A stretch of DNA of 64,000 nucleotides from Actinomycetota bacterium (lineage in GTDB: Bacteria; Actinomycetota; UBA4738; JBJMLN01). Shown in pieces: positions 38,886-47,869 of this stretch. Position numbers and translations under genes: made by a program. Positions within the stretch are counted from its first letter, which is position 1, and the number at the start of each line of letters is the position of its first letter. Under the pieces are notes generated by a model. It was not told where the DNA came from, searched no databases, and saw nothing but the letters and a program-made list of their open reading frames with translations. The stretch lies in NCBI GenBank assembly GCA_045805285.1, contig JBJMLN010000121.1, positions 8,126 to 72,125 of the forward strand. The letters run 5' to 3'.

Positions 38886-39024
38886 CGGTGACTCCTCGAA
38901 CCCGTCGCGGATTCCGTCCTTCGCACAAGAGATTCGTATCCGGAGCCGCGGAAGATTGTTCGAACCGTCCAAAGCGCCCGCCGGGTGAAGAAATCGACGC
39001 TCCGGAACGGAGCCGGGACTCCTC

Positions 39025-40341
39025 CTACTCGGAGCCCTCGTCCTCCTCCGGCTCGACGCGAAGGATCAGGCCGTCGACCCCACGGACACGGATCCGCGTC
39101 CCGGGCGGGATGGGGCCGTTGGAGCTCCTCCCCTTCCAGAGCGTGCCCTTGACGTAGACCGGGCCCTCCGGCGCGAGCTCGCCCCGGGTCTCTCCGGGAA
39201 GCCCGACGAGGCCGCGCTGCGTGGAGGTGATCCGCTCCCGCGACTGGATCGCCACGGTCAGCGCGAACCCGTAGTAGAGGAGGCTCGCGAACACCGTTCC
39301 GCCGATCAGCCACCGGGAGATGCCGATCGCCGGCGCGACGCCGCGAAACGCGAGCACCGACCCGGCAACGAACGTCACGAGCCCGAGATACGTCATCCAG
39401 CCGAGACGCCGGACCAGGACGTCGGCCACCATGAGTGCGATGCCGGCGAGCAACAACGCGAGCCCCGGCCAGAACACCGGGACGGCGGTGATGCCGTAGA
39501 TGCCGAGCGCGAGCATGCCGACGCCGCTGAACCCCGCGAAGCCGAACCCGGGCTGCGTCAGCTCGAACGCGATCGCCGCGAGGCCGAATACGAGGAGCAC
39601 GTAGATCCAGGTCGGCGAGGCGACCGCGTGGAGGACGCGCTTGCCGGGACCGAGATCGTGGAACCGCACGAGCACCTGGTCTCCGGAGGATCCCGCGGTG
39701 TCGAGCGTCACGCGGCCGTCAGCCGTCTGGACCGTCTGCCCGTCGATCTTCTGGAGGAGCTGCGGCACCGTGAACGCGTCGGTCTGGATGATGCCGGCCT
39801 GTTCCGCCTCCGCCCCCGTCAACGCGTGGGTCGGGAACTCCACCGACGGGGAGCGACCGTGCATCGTCTGCCACCGCGCCACGTACGGGCGCACCTCCTC
39901 CGACGTGAACTCGTCGGGATGTCCGAGGTCCACCGGGAGCAGCGGGCCGGTCGCTGCTCCCGGAGCGACGGCGGCGAGGCTCGACGCGTACACGAGCAGC
40001 AGCCCGGCTCCGGCCGCCTGCGCCGGAGGCGGGCCGACCCACACGATGACCGGAACGGACGCGCGAGCGACCATGTCGGCGAGCGCGATCGGATCGACGT
40101 CGAGCGTTCCCGCGGTGTCGATCTGCAAGACGAGGGTCGAGCGCGCGGCCTCCGCCTCGGCGATCGTTCCCTGGAGGTAGTCGTTCATCGTGCGGTCGAT
40201 CGCGCCCTCGACCTTCACGACGTCGACGAGCGCCGCAGGACGCACAACGGCGGTGGCCGCATCCACGTGCGCGGCAGCGTGCGATGACCACATCGGAACG
40301 ACGGCGCATGCGGCGATCAGGAGAACCGCGAGCCGTCGCAC
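39025..40341 (-). CDS. NfeD-family membrane protein
   Basis: N-terminal ClpP-like domain (IDTAGT...VIVWVGP), TM domain, C-terminal OB fold (LPGETRGELAPEGPVYVKGTLW). Confidence 0.88.
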   Translation of the reverse strand: MRRLAVLLIAACAVVPMWSSHAAAHVDAATAVVRPAALVDVVKVEGAIDRTMNDYLQGTIAEAEAARSTLVLQIDTAGTLDVDPIALADMVARASVPVIVWVGPPPAQAAGAGLLLVYASSLAAVAPGAATGPLLPVDLGHPDEFTSEEVRPYVARWQTMHGRSPSVEFPTHALTGAEAEQAGIIQTDAFTVPQLLQKIDGQTVQTADGRVTLDTAGSSGDQVLVRFHDLGPGKRVLHAVASPTWIYVLLVFGLAAIAFELTQPGFGFAGFSGVGMLALGIYGITAVPVFWPGLALLLAGIALMVADVLVRRLGWMTYLGLVTFVAGSVLAFRGVAPAIGISRWLIGGTVFASLLYYGFALTVAIQSRERITSTQRGLVGLPGETRGELAPEGPVYVKGTLWKGRSSNGPIPPGTRIRVRGVDGLILRVEPEEDEGSE

Positions 40342-40348
40342 GAGAAGC

Positions 40349-40822
40349 TCAGCCGCCGAGCCGCGCGCGGACGCGCGCCTGCACCGCGCTTCCGTCGACC
40401 TTGCCCTTCGCGCGGCCCATCACGAACCCCATCACCTTGCCGAGGTCCGACGGCGCGGAGGCGCCCGTCGAGGCGATGGCTTCGTCGACGAGCGCGTCGA
40501 CCTCCTCCTCGGACAGTTGCTGGGGGAGCCACGGCGCGAGCACCTCGCGCTCCTCCCGCTCGCGGGAGGCGAGGTCCTCGCGGCCGGCGGACTCGTAGGC
40601 CTCGATCGCCTCGGTCCGGCGCTTCGCCTCCTTCGACGCGACCTCCTGAAACTCCGCGTCGGAGAGCTCGTGGAGGACCTCCACCTCGCGGTTCTTCACC
40701 GCGGCGGAGAGCAGCCGCAGCGTCGAGAGCCGCACCTTGTCGCCGGACTTCATCGACGCCTTCAGGTCGTCGGAGAGCCGCTCCTTGAACGTCTGCTGTC
40801 CGGGGGTCGCGTCGGTTGCCAC
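40349..40822 (-). CDS. GatB/YqeY domain protein
   Basis: LSDDLKASMKSGDKVRLSTLR...EAKRRTEAIEAY...DLGKVMG. Confidence 0.93.
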   Translation of the reverse strand: MATDATPGQQTFKERLSDDLKASMKSGDKVRLSTLRLLSAAVKNREVEVLHELSDAEFQEVASKEAKRRTEAIEAYESAGREDLASREREEREVLAPWLPQQLSEEEVDALVDEAIASTGASAPSDLGKVMGFVMGRAKGKVDGSAVQARVRARLGG

Positions 40823-40837
40823 CGTAGAATCCGCTCC

Positions 40838-41749
40838 GTGGTCCTCTGGATCATCCTCCTGATCGCTCTCGCCGGCGTGCTCTGCGTCGCCTACGGCGTG
40901 GTGATCGAGCGGAGGTGGTACCGCGTGCGGCGGTACCGCCTGGACATCCTACCGGCGGCAACGGAGACGCCGCTCCGCGTCCTGCACCTGTCGGATCTCC
41001 ATCTCGTCCGTCGCGACACGAAGATGCCGGCCTTCCTCGCCACCCTGGAGCGGCCCGACATCACGGTCCTGACCGGCGACGTCGTCGGAGAGCCCGAGGC
41101 CGTGGAGCACGCCGTCGCCGCCTTGGAGCCCGTCCGCGGCCGCGTCGCGTCGTTCCTCGTTCTCGGCTCCAACGACCTGTTCAGCCCGACCCCGATCAAC
41201 TACGTCCGCTACTTCCGGAAGCGCCACCGCGTCCGCGTCGGCGTGCGGGGCCGGTCGAGGGAGCTGATCGAGCAGCTGACGCGCGACGGATGGACGGTGC
41301 TCCGCAACGACCGTCGGCAGCTCGACCTCGGAGGCCTGCAAGCGGAGGTCGTCGGCCTGGAGGACGCGCACATCGTCCGGCACGACCTCCGCGCAGCCCT
41401 ACGGGACCATCCGGAGCGCTTCGGGATCGCGATCCTGCACTCGCCCGACCCGACGCCCGAGCTCGTCGCGCTTGGCTACCCGCTGATCTTCGCCGGTCAC
41501 ACCCACGGCGGCCAGGTGCGGCTTCCGCTCATCGGCGCGCTCGTCACGAACGGGCAGCTGCCACGGAGGCTCTGCCGCGGGGTGTTCCGGATCGGTCCCT
41601 CCGTCGTGTCGATCTCCGCGGGACTCGGGCAGAGCAAGTACGCGCCGTTCCGGTTCTTCTGTCCGCCGGAGGTGTCGCTGATCGACCTCCGCCCGTCGCA
41701 TCAGGAGGCGGAGGCTCCCCCGATCGCGACCTCGAAGATGCGCTCGTAG
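40838..41749 (+). CDS. Membrane-anchored metallophosphoesterase
   Basis: LHLSDLH, LTGD, LGSND, GHTHGGQV; TAGAAT-N7-GTG. Confidence 0.9.
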   Translation: MVLWIILLIALAGVLCVAYGVVIERRWYRVRRYRLDILPAATETPLRVLHLSDLHLVRRDTKMPAFLATLERPDITVLTGDVVGEPEAVEHAVAALEPVRGRVASFLVLGSNDLFSPTPINYVRYFRKRHRVRVGVRGRSRELIEQLTRDGWTVLRNDRRQLDLGGLQAEVVGLEDAHIVRHDLRAALRDHPERFGIAILHSPDPTPELVALGYPLIFAGHTHGGQVRLPLIGALVTNGQLPRRLCRGVFRIGPSVVSISAGLGQSKYAPFRFFCPPEVSLIDLRPSHQEAEAPPIATSKMRS

Positions 41750-42741
41750 CCCTCCACCATCGACTCCTTGGAGAAGTGCTCCGCGACGCGCCGGCGGCAC
41801 GCAGCCGGATCGATGTCGTCGAGGTGCTTGAGGCGCTCCGCCGCGACCGACGGATAGTCCTCCACGGGAACGATGAAGCCGGTCTCGCCGTCGACGATCA
41901 CCTCGGGAACGGAACCTCGCGGCGTTGCGATCACCGGCGTTCCGCACGCCATCGCCTCGGTCATCACCAGGCCGAACGGTTCGTCCCAGTCGATCGGAAA
42001 GAGCACGGCCTTCGCGCGCGACAACAGGTCGGCCTTCTCGTCGTGCTCGATCTCCATCAGGACCGTCGCGTCCCCGGGGAGGAGCGGCTGGACCTCCTGC
42101 TCCCAGTGCACGCGCTCGCGCGGCTCCGCGACCTTGAGCGCCAGCACGAGGTGCATGCCCGTTTCGCGCGCGGTCAGGACAGCGCGCATCAATCCCTTCT
42201 CCGGCGCGGCGCGGCCGAGGAAGAACAGGAACTCCTCCTTCTCGGCTCGGAACGGATACCGCTCGAGATCGATGCCGTTGTAGACGACGCCGGCGTAGTT
42301 GAGCTCCGGCATCTGCTCGCGTTGCGCCTCGCTGATCGCGACGTACGAGATGCGGTCGAGCGTTTGGGAGTACACCTCGCGCATCTCGGGAGTGAATGCG
42401 CCGTGGACGGTGTGCACTGCCGGCACGGTGCTCACGGCTCCCCCGACGAGCGCGGACCACGAGCTGTGGAGGTGATACGCGTCGAACCGCTCCGGCTCGC
42501 GGAACGCGACGAGGGACTGCGCGGTGTCGAGCCAGAGCGAGTTGATCTCGGCGGGACCGGGCGCGCTCTCGAAGAGGTACTCGAGGTGCGCCTTGGAGGA
42601 GGAGTCACCCGTCGCGAAGAGCGTCACCTCGTGCCCTCGGTCGACCAATCCGTCGGCCGTGAGGGCCACGATCCACTCGATGCCGCCGTAGCCGCGAGGC
42701 GGAACGGCGAGCCAGGGCGGTGCCACCTCCGCGATGCGCAT
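41701..42741 (-). CDS. Glycosyltransferase family 4
   Basis: MRIAEVAPPW..VPPRGYGGIE; WDEPFGLVMTEAMACGTPVI. Confidence 0.95.
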   Translation of the reverse strand: MRIAEVAPPWLAVPPRGYGGIEWIVALTADGLVDRGHEVTLFATGDSSSKAHLEYLFESAPGPAEINSLWLDTAQSLVAFREPERFDAYHLHSSWSALVGGAVSTVPAVHTVHGAFTPEMREVYSQTLDRISYVAISEAQREQMPELNYAGVVYNGIDLERYPFRAEKEEFLFFLGRAAPEKGLMRAVLTARETGMHLVLALKVAEPRERVHWEQEVQPLLPGDATVLMEIEHDEKADLLSRAKAVLFPIDWDEPFGLVMTEAMACGTPVIATPRGSVPEVIVDGETGFIVPVEDYPSVAAERLKHLDDIDPAACRRRVAEHFSKESMVEGYERIFEVAIGGASAS

Positions 42742-42852
42742 CGGGAGCTCCTTTCCATGCGCACGTGCTCCGGCGCCGCGCGTGCCCGAGCGGCTGCGAT
42801 CGAGCGTACCGGCTGCACCCGGATAACGAGCCGCTAGACTGTCCGCTCCCGG

Positions 42853-42926
42853 CGGGACGTAGCGCAGTTTGGTAGCGCGCAGCGTTCGGGACGCTGAGGT
42901 CGCGGGTTCAAATCCCGCCGTCCCGA
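42853..42926 (+). tRNA. tRNA-Pro (CGG)
   Basis: CGGGACG/CGTCCCG acceptor stem, anticodon arm CAGCG-TTCGGGA-CGCTG, T arm GCGGG-TTCAAAT-CCCGC; CCA not encoded. Confidence 0.97.
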
Positions 42927-42989
42927 CTTCGAAGGAAACTTCTCAGGGTCCTCTCACCTGCCCAGACAGGGGTTGCTTCCGAGAAGGGT

Positions 42990-43018
42990 TTGACGCATCC
43001 CCGGACGGCCGGTAGCCT
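42990..43018 (+). promoter_or_regulatory. Sigma70-type promoter of the coiled-coil NlpC/P60 gene
   Basis: TTGACG-N17-TAGCCT, followed by 5' UTR hairpin CGGCTGC-TACG-GCAGCCG. Confidence 0.7.
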
Positions 43019-43061
43019 TCTCGCGGCTGCTACGGCAGCCGTTTTCGTTATGTGGAGGGAA

Positions 43062-44165
43062 ATGACCGGAACGCGTGCCTTGGCTAGGAGGGCCTCTGCG
43101 GCCGTCCTCATCACCGTCCTCGCTTCCCTCACCCTCATCAACGTCTCCTCCGCCGCCCCGAGTCAGTCCCAGCTCCAGAGCGCCGAGGCGAAGCTCAACG
43201 CGATCAACAACCGGATCTCCGCCCTGGACGAGCAGTACAACCAGGCGATCGCGGCCAAGGAGGCGGCCCAGAAGAACGCCGACGCGGCCCAAGCGGACAT
43301 GGACCGGGCCCAGGCGGACCTGAACGACGCGGTCGCGAGCCTTTCCAAGCGGGCGGCCGACGCGTTCACCGGCGTCGGGACCTCCGTCGACGTCCTTCTC
43401 GGCGCCGACACGTTCTCGGAGTTCTCCGACCGGCTGGAGTTCATGAACCGGCTGGCGCAGGACGACGCCGACCTGGCGACCAAGGCCGCCGCGGCGCGTC
43501 AGCGCGCCGAGTGGGCGCAGCAGCAGTACCAGAAGGCCGTCGCGGAACATGCGGCCGCGGCGAAGAAGGCCGATGCGGCGAAGTCGCAAGCCGAGCAGCA
43601 GGCGCAGGAGCAGCAACAGACCGTCCAGCACATCAAGGATCAGATCGCCGCCGCTCAGGCAGCGCGACAGGCGGCTCTGCGGGCCGCCGCGCAGCAGGCC
43701 GCACAGACCGCCGGACCGGCCGCGGGGGGAACGACCTCCACGTCCTCGAGCTCTGGCGGCATCGGAAGTCCTCCGCCGAGCGGCGGCAACCCGAGCCCGC
43801 CCCCGCCGACGAGTTCCGGCGCCGCCGGCGCGGTGGAGGCGGCCAAGTCCGTCATCGGAACGCCGTACGTCTGGGGAGGCGCGAGCCCGTCGAGCGGCTT
43901 CGACTGCTCGGGCCTGACGATGTGGGCGTGGGCGCAGGTGGGCGTGTCCCTCCCGCACTCCTCCGCGGCGCAGTACACGGTGATCCCGCACGTGGACCGG
44001 TCGAATCTCCAGCCGGGCGACCTGCTGTTCTTCTACTCGCCGATCCACCACGTCGCGATGTATGTCGGCGGAAACTCGATGATCGAGGCGCCGCATACGG
44101 GCTCCACCGTCCAGATCGATCCGATCTATTGGAGCGAGTTCGTAGGCGCCGGCCGGCCCGGCTAA
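43062..44165 (+). CDS. Secreted coiled-coil NlpC/P60 (RipA/PcsB-like) peptidoglycan endopeptidase
   Basis: GGAGG RBS, signal peptide, coiled coil, GTPYVWGG...FDCSGLT...HHVAMYVG. Confidence 0.93.
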   Translation: MTGTRALARRASAAVLITVLASLTLINVSSAAPSQSQLQSAEAKLNAINNRISALDEQYNQAIAAKEAAQKNADAAQADMDRAQADLNDAVASLSKRAADAFTGVGTSVDVLLGADTFSEFSDRLEFMNRLAQDDADLATKAAAARQRAEWAQQQYQKAVAEHAAAAKKADAAKSQAEQQAQEQQQTVQHIKDQIAAAQAARQAALRAAAQQAAQTAGPAAGGTTSTSSSSGGIGSPPPSGGNPSPPPPTSSGAAGAVEAAKSVIGTPYVWGGASPSSGFDCSGLTMWAWAQVGVSLPHSSAAQYTVIPHVDRSNLQPGDLLFFYSPIHHVAMYVGGNSMIEAPHTGSTVQIDPIYWSEFVGAGRPG

Positions 44166-44174
44166 GCTCGCCGG

Positions 44175-44867
44175 ATCACGAAGCCTCCCGCCACCTCGAC
44201 CGATCCACCGCTCGCCGACCCCGATCTCGCGCTGCTCGAACGCCTGCGCTCGGGTGACGAGCTCGCGTTCTCCACGCTCGTCGAGCGGTACTCCCCGTCG
44301 ATGCTCCGGATCGCCTCCCTTTACACGCCGTCGCGTGCCGTTGCCGAGGACGTCGTCCAGGAGACATGGCTCGGCGTCCTCCAAGGCCTCGACCGGTTCG
44401 AGGGACGGTCGTCGCTCAAGACCTGGGTCTTCCGGATCCTGACGAACCGGGCAAAGACGCGAGGCCAGCGGGAGCGTCGGAGCATCCCGTTCTCCGCCCT
44501 CGCGGGCGCCGACACGGACTCGGACGAGCGGGCCGTCGACCCCTCCCGGTTCCAGGGCGACGACGAGCACATCGGGCACGGATGGGCCTCCCCGCCGGCG
44601 AACTGGGAGGAGGTTCCGGAGGACCGGCTCCTCTCGGCGGAGACCCTCTCCAAGGTGGACGAGGCGATCGCAGCGCTCCCGGAGATGCAACGGATCGTGA
44701 TCACGCTCCGCGACATCGAGGGATGGAGCTCGCAAGAGGTCTGTAACCTTCTGGACATCTCCGAGACCAACCAACGGGTGCTGCTGCATCGCGCGCGCTC
44801 GAAGGTTCGGCGGGCGCTGGAGAAGTACCTCGATACGGAGCAGGACGAACAGAAGGCGCCCGCATGA
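44175..44867 (+). CDS. ECF RNA polymerase sigma factor
   Basis: GDELAFSTLVERY...AEDVVQETWLG...SSLKTWVFRILTNRA...VLLHRARSKVR; start non-canonical (see findings). Confidence 0.92.
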   Translation: MTKPPATSTDPPLADPDLALLERLRSGDELAFSTLVERYSPSMLRIASLYTPSRAVAEDVVQETWLGVLQGLDRFEGRSSLKTWVFRILTNRAKTRGQRERRSIPFSALAGADTDSDERAVDPSRFQGDDEHIGHGWASPPANWEEVPEDRLLSAETLSKVDEAIAALPEMQRIVITLRDIEGWSSQEVCNLLDISETNQRVLLHRARSKVRRALEKYLDTEQDEQKAPA

Positions 44868-45109
44868 GTCAGGACCGCACGTTGAGCTGCCAGGAGCTCG
44901 TGGAGCTCGTCACCAACTACCTGGAGGGTTCCCTCTCCGCCCCCGACCGCACGCGCTTCGAGGAGCACATCGCCGTGTGCGACGGCTGCACGAACTACCT
45001 CGAGCAGATGCGGACGACGATCCGCGTGACCGGGATGCTCACGCCGGAGCAGCTCTCCCCTGAGGCGTCCTCGGAGCTCCTCGACGCGTTCAGGAGCTGG
45101 CGAAGCTAG
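44864..45109 (+). CDS. Zinc-finger (zf-HC2/ZAS) anti-sigma factor
   Basis: LSCQELVELVTNYLEG...FEEHIAVCDGC (HxxxCxxC); ATGA overlap with the sigma gene. Confidence 0.92.
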   Translation: MSQDRTLSCQELVELVTNYLEGSLSAPDRTRFEEHIAVCDGCTNYLEQMRTTIRVTGMLTPEQLSPEASSELLDAFRSWRS

Positions 45110-46317
45110 CCGCCTCCGCCGCGGCGGTTTCGTCTCGATCCCGACCGAGCAACGCGAGCGCGACGAGCGGGAAGACCAGCACCGACAGGAGCCCGGCCGC
45201 GATCAATGCCGCCCCGGTCGCGGCTCCGATCACGCCGAGATCCATCCCGATCTGCGCCGCAGCGACGACAAACGTGAGCGACGTCGCCTGAAGGAGCCCC
45301 GCCGCCGCGACCCTCCGTCCGTCGAGCATCGACCGGTAGAGCAGCGCCGGAAGCGCTCGCACGACCAGCAGCGCCACGAGGAAGACCGGAACGCGCGCGA
45401 GGGTGGAGGCGCTCGCGAACAGCGCGTCGGCGTCGAAGCGGATCCCGCTCGAGATGAAGAAGATCGGGATCAGGAATCCGAACCCGATCGCCTCGAGCTT
45501 CACGCGGAACTGCGGGTGAGTCATCATCGCGTCGCGATCGAGGAGCGACAGGATCGCGCCCGCGATGAACGCGCCGAGGATCGACTCCAGGCCGAAGCGT
45601 TCCGCGAGCGCGACGGAGCCGATCAGCAGCAGCACCGCTCCGCGGACGCGGATCTGCGCCGTCGTGTCCTGCAATCGAAGCAAGGCGTCCGAGAGCCGGA
45701 CCGAGCGTCCCGCACGAGCGATCGCGATACCTCCGGCGACGAGGAGCGCCACGAATCCGCCGAGGAGGAGCACCCGCGCCGATCCCGACGTCGCCTCCTT
45801 CGAGAAGAACAGCGTGAGGAGGATCACCGCGCCGAAGTCGGCGATCCGAGGCCGCGACGATCACGAGCTGGCCGAACGGGGTCGCGCTCTCTCCGGCGTC
45901 CTTGAGAACCGGCGTCACCACGCCGAGCGCGGTGGACGACAGGATGATCGCCACCAACAGCGGACTCTCCACGAGGCCGGCGGCATGGAGGCCCACGCCC
46001 GCGAGGACTGCGAGCGCGAGCGACACGGCGAAGCCGCCGCCGGCCAGTGTCAGGAGCCGTCCTCGGAGCGCGCGCAGGTCGATCTCCAGCCCGGCCAGGA
46101 ACAGCAGGAAGGCCAGGCCGATCAGCGCCAGCACCTGGACCGGAAGGTCGTCCGGAGAGACCCATCCGAGCACCGCCGGGCCGATCACGATGCCGGCGAC
46201 GAGCTCCACGACGGGCGCCGGCAGACGCAGCCGCGGGAACAGCCCGAGAACGAGTGGTACCGCGAACGCGACCGCGGAGACGACGAGGAGGCCGCCGAAC
46301 GAGACGTCCGGCATCAT
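45090..46317 (-). pseudogene. CPA2 (KefB/NapA-like) cation:proton antiporter interrupted by a +1 frameshift
   Basis: N-half in ORF 45106..46317, C-half in ORF 45090..45827; minus strand GCC TCG G ATC GCC GAC TTC has one extra G near 45846-45847; removing it restores VAASIADFGAVILL. Confidence 0.8.
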
Positions 46318-46347
46318 GCGAGCACGGACGCCCGCGCGAAGCGCCGT

Positions 46348-46560
46348 TCAGTCGTCGCCGCGCTCCAGCGCCGCGAGGTCGGCGAGTCGCTGATCCGCCT
46401 GCTGGACGAGCGCCTGGTTCCCGATCTCCTCGGCCGCAGCCTTCGCCTGTTCGAGATGCTCGCGCGCCTGCTTGCGGCGAGCGGCGCCCTTCTCCTCGGT
46501 GGCGTACTTGAGCGCCTCGTCCGCCTTCACGATCAGCTCGAAGATCTCCTGCTCGGTCAT
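46348..46560 (-). CDS. 70-aa helical hypothetical protein
   Basis: MTEQEIFELIVKADEALKYA..., ATGA-coupled to the upstream dehydrogenase. Confidence 0.7.
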   Translation of the reverse strand: MTEQEIFELIVKADEALKYATEEKGAARRKQAREHLEQAKAAAEEIGNQALVQQADQRLADLAALERGDD

Positions 46561-47618
46561 GCCGACTCCAGCTCGTCGGAGACGCGGATCACGGTCTTGA
46601 CGTCGCCGTCGCGACGCTCCAGCGCGGCCTGCCAGTCCTCCAGGGACTCCCACCTCGTGACCAGGCGGTCGAGCCACGCGGGATCGGCCTTGGGGAGCGC
46701 CTCGGCCGCCGCTTCGTAATGCCGGCGGCCCGCATTGACGGACCCGAACACGACCTCGTTGTTCAAGACCATCTCCTTGTTGAGGTCGTCGACGTTGAGC
46801 GAGGACTCGCGGCCCGCGGGATTGATGCCCGTGAGACACATGATTCCGCCCGACGCGAGGTGATCGATCGCATGGAACACGAGCGGCCCGACGCCGGTGC
46901 ATTCGAGCACGATGTCGAAGTCGCTCCCTGCCTTCTCCAGGTCGCCCGCGTGATACGTGGCGCCGAGAGCGCGAGCGAGCTCGGGCTTCGGACCGTCCGT
47001 CATGACGTCCAGCACGTGCATCTCGAACCCGCGCTGAACGCCGAGCATCGTTCCGAACAGCCCGAGCGGACCGGCGCCGGTGACGAGCGCCTTCTTCGGC
47101 TCCCATCGAGAGCGCGAGCCGATCCGCTCGACGTGGTCCCACGCCTTCGCAACCACGCTGATCGGCTCGATCAACACGGCATGCTTTCCGAGGGAGCGGT
47201 CGACCTTGATCGCGGCGTCGGGTGGCACGCGGAACCGCTCGCGCAGAAATCCGTCGAGTCCTTTGATGCCGTGCTCCGTGTACTGCCCGTTCGTGCACAT
47301 GTCCCACTCGTCCGCCGCGCACTGCGGGCACGGAACGGGATCCGGGCGCCGGACGAACGCGACGAGGTGATCGCCCGCCTCCCAGCCGCTTCCGTCGGGC
47401 GCCTCGAGCACCCGGCCGAGCGATTCGTGGCCGAGGATGAGGCGCTCCTTGCCGGGCGGCGCCTCGCCGTACGCGCCCTCGACGATCTCGTTGTCGGTTC
47501 CGTCGACGCCGACGGCAAGCGTCTCGACGAGGACGGAGCCGTCCTCGGGCGCCGGATCGGGAACGTCGAGGAGCTCCGCGCTTCCCTTCCGCTCTGGAAC
47601 CACCGTGACGGCTCTCAT
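46557..47618 (-). CDS. Zn-dependent glucose 1-dehydrogenase (MDR superfamily, archaeal-like)
   Basis: VGVDGTD, LGHESLG, VRRPDPVPCPQC...DMC, GAGPLG, VFGSVNAGRRHY. Confidence 0.88.
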   Translation of the reverse strand: MRAVTVVPERKGSAELLDVPDPAPEDGSVLVETLAVGVDGTDNEIVEGAYGEAPPGKERLILGHESLGRVLEAPDGSGWEAGDHLVAFVRRPDPVPCPQCAADEWDMCTNGQYTEHGIKGLDGFLRERFRVPPDAAIKVDRSLGKHAVLIEPISVVAKAWDHVERIGSRSRWEPKKALVTGAGPLGLFGTMLGVQRGFEMHVLDVMTDGPKPELARALGATYHAGDLEKAGSDFDIVLECTGVGPLVFHAIDHLASGGIMCLTGINPAGRESSLNVDDLNKEMVLNNEVVFGSVNAGRRHYEAAAEALPKADPAWLDRLVTRWESLEDWQAALERRDGDVKTVIRVSDELESA

Positions 47619-47869
47619 GGCGTCTTCCTCCCTCGGTTTCGCACGTGTTCGCCTCAGGTGTTCCCCGGGGGGGAGAGCGTTACAGCACCTCCCGGCGCAC
47701 ATTGCCGCGGCTCGCACGATACGCCTCCCGGCCGATGACGATGGCCCGTCCGAGCCGCGTCCAACGCCCGGGCGGGGAGGCCGAAAGGCCCGTTGACCAG
47801 GTGAAAAACACCCGCCATCCTCGGGGCGTACAGTTCGTGCCCTCGGACACGCCGAGCGGAAAGGGGCCG

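Noticed and set aside
42927-43061. Possible c-di-AMP (ydaO) riboswitch before the NlpC/P60 gene, or an integration site at tRNA-Pro
   Set aside because: ydaO conserved segments were not seen and the leader after the promoter is too short; no integrase or duplicated tRNA 3' end was seen.
47760-47869. Several small hairpins (GGCC-GAAA-GGCC, GGTG-AAAAA-CACC) upstream of the PAS kinase
   Set aside because: No match to a riboswitch consensus I recognise; they overlap a TTGACC-N17-CATCCT promoter and such stems are common in GC-rich DNA.
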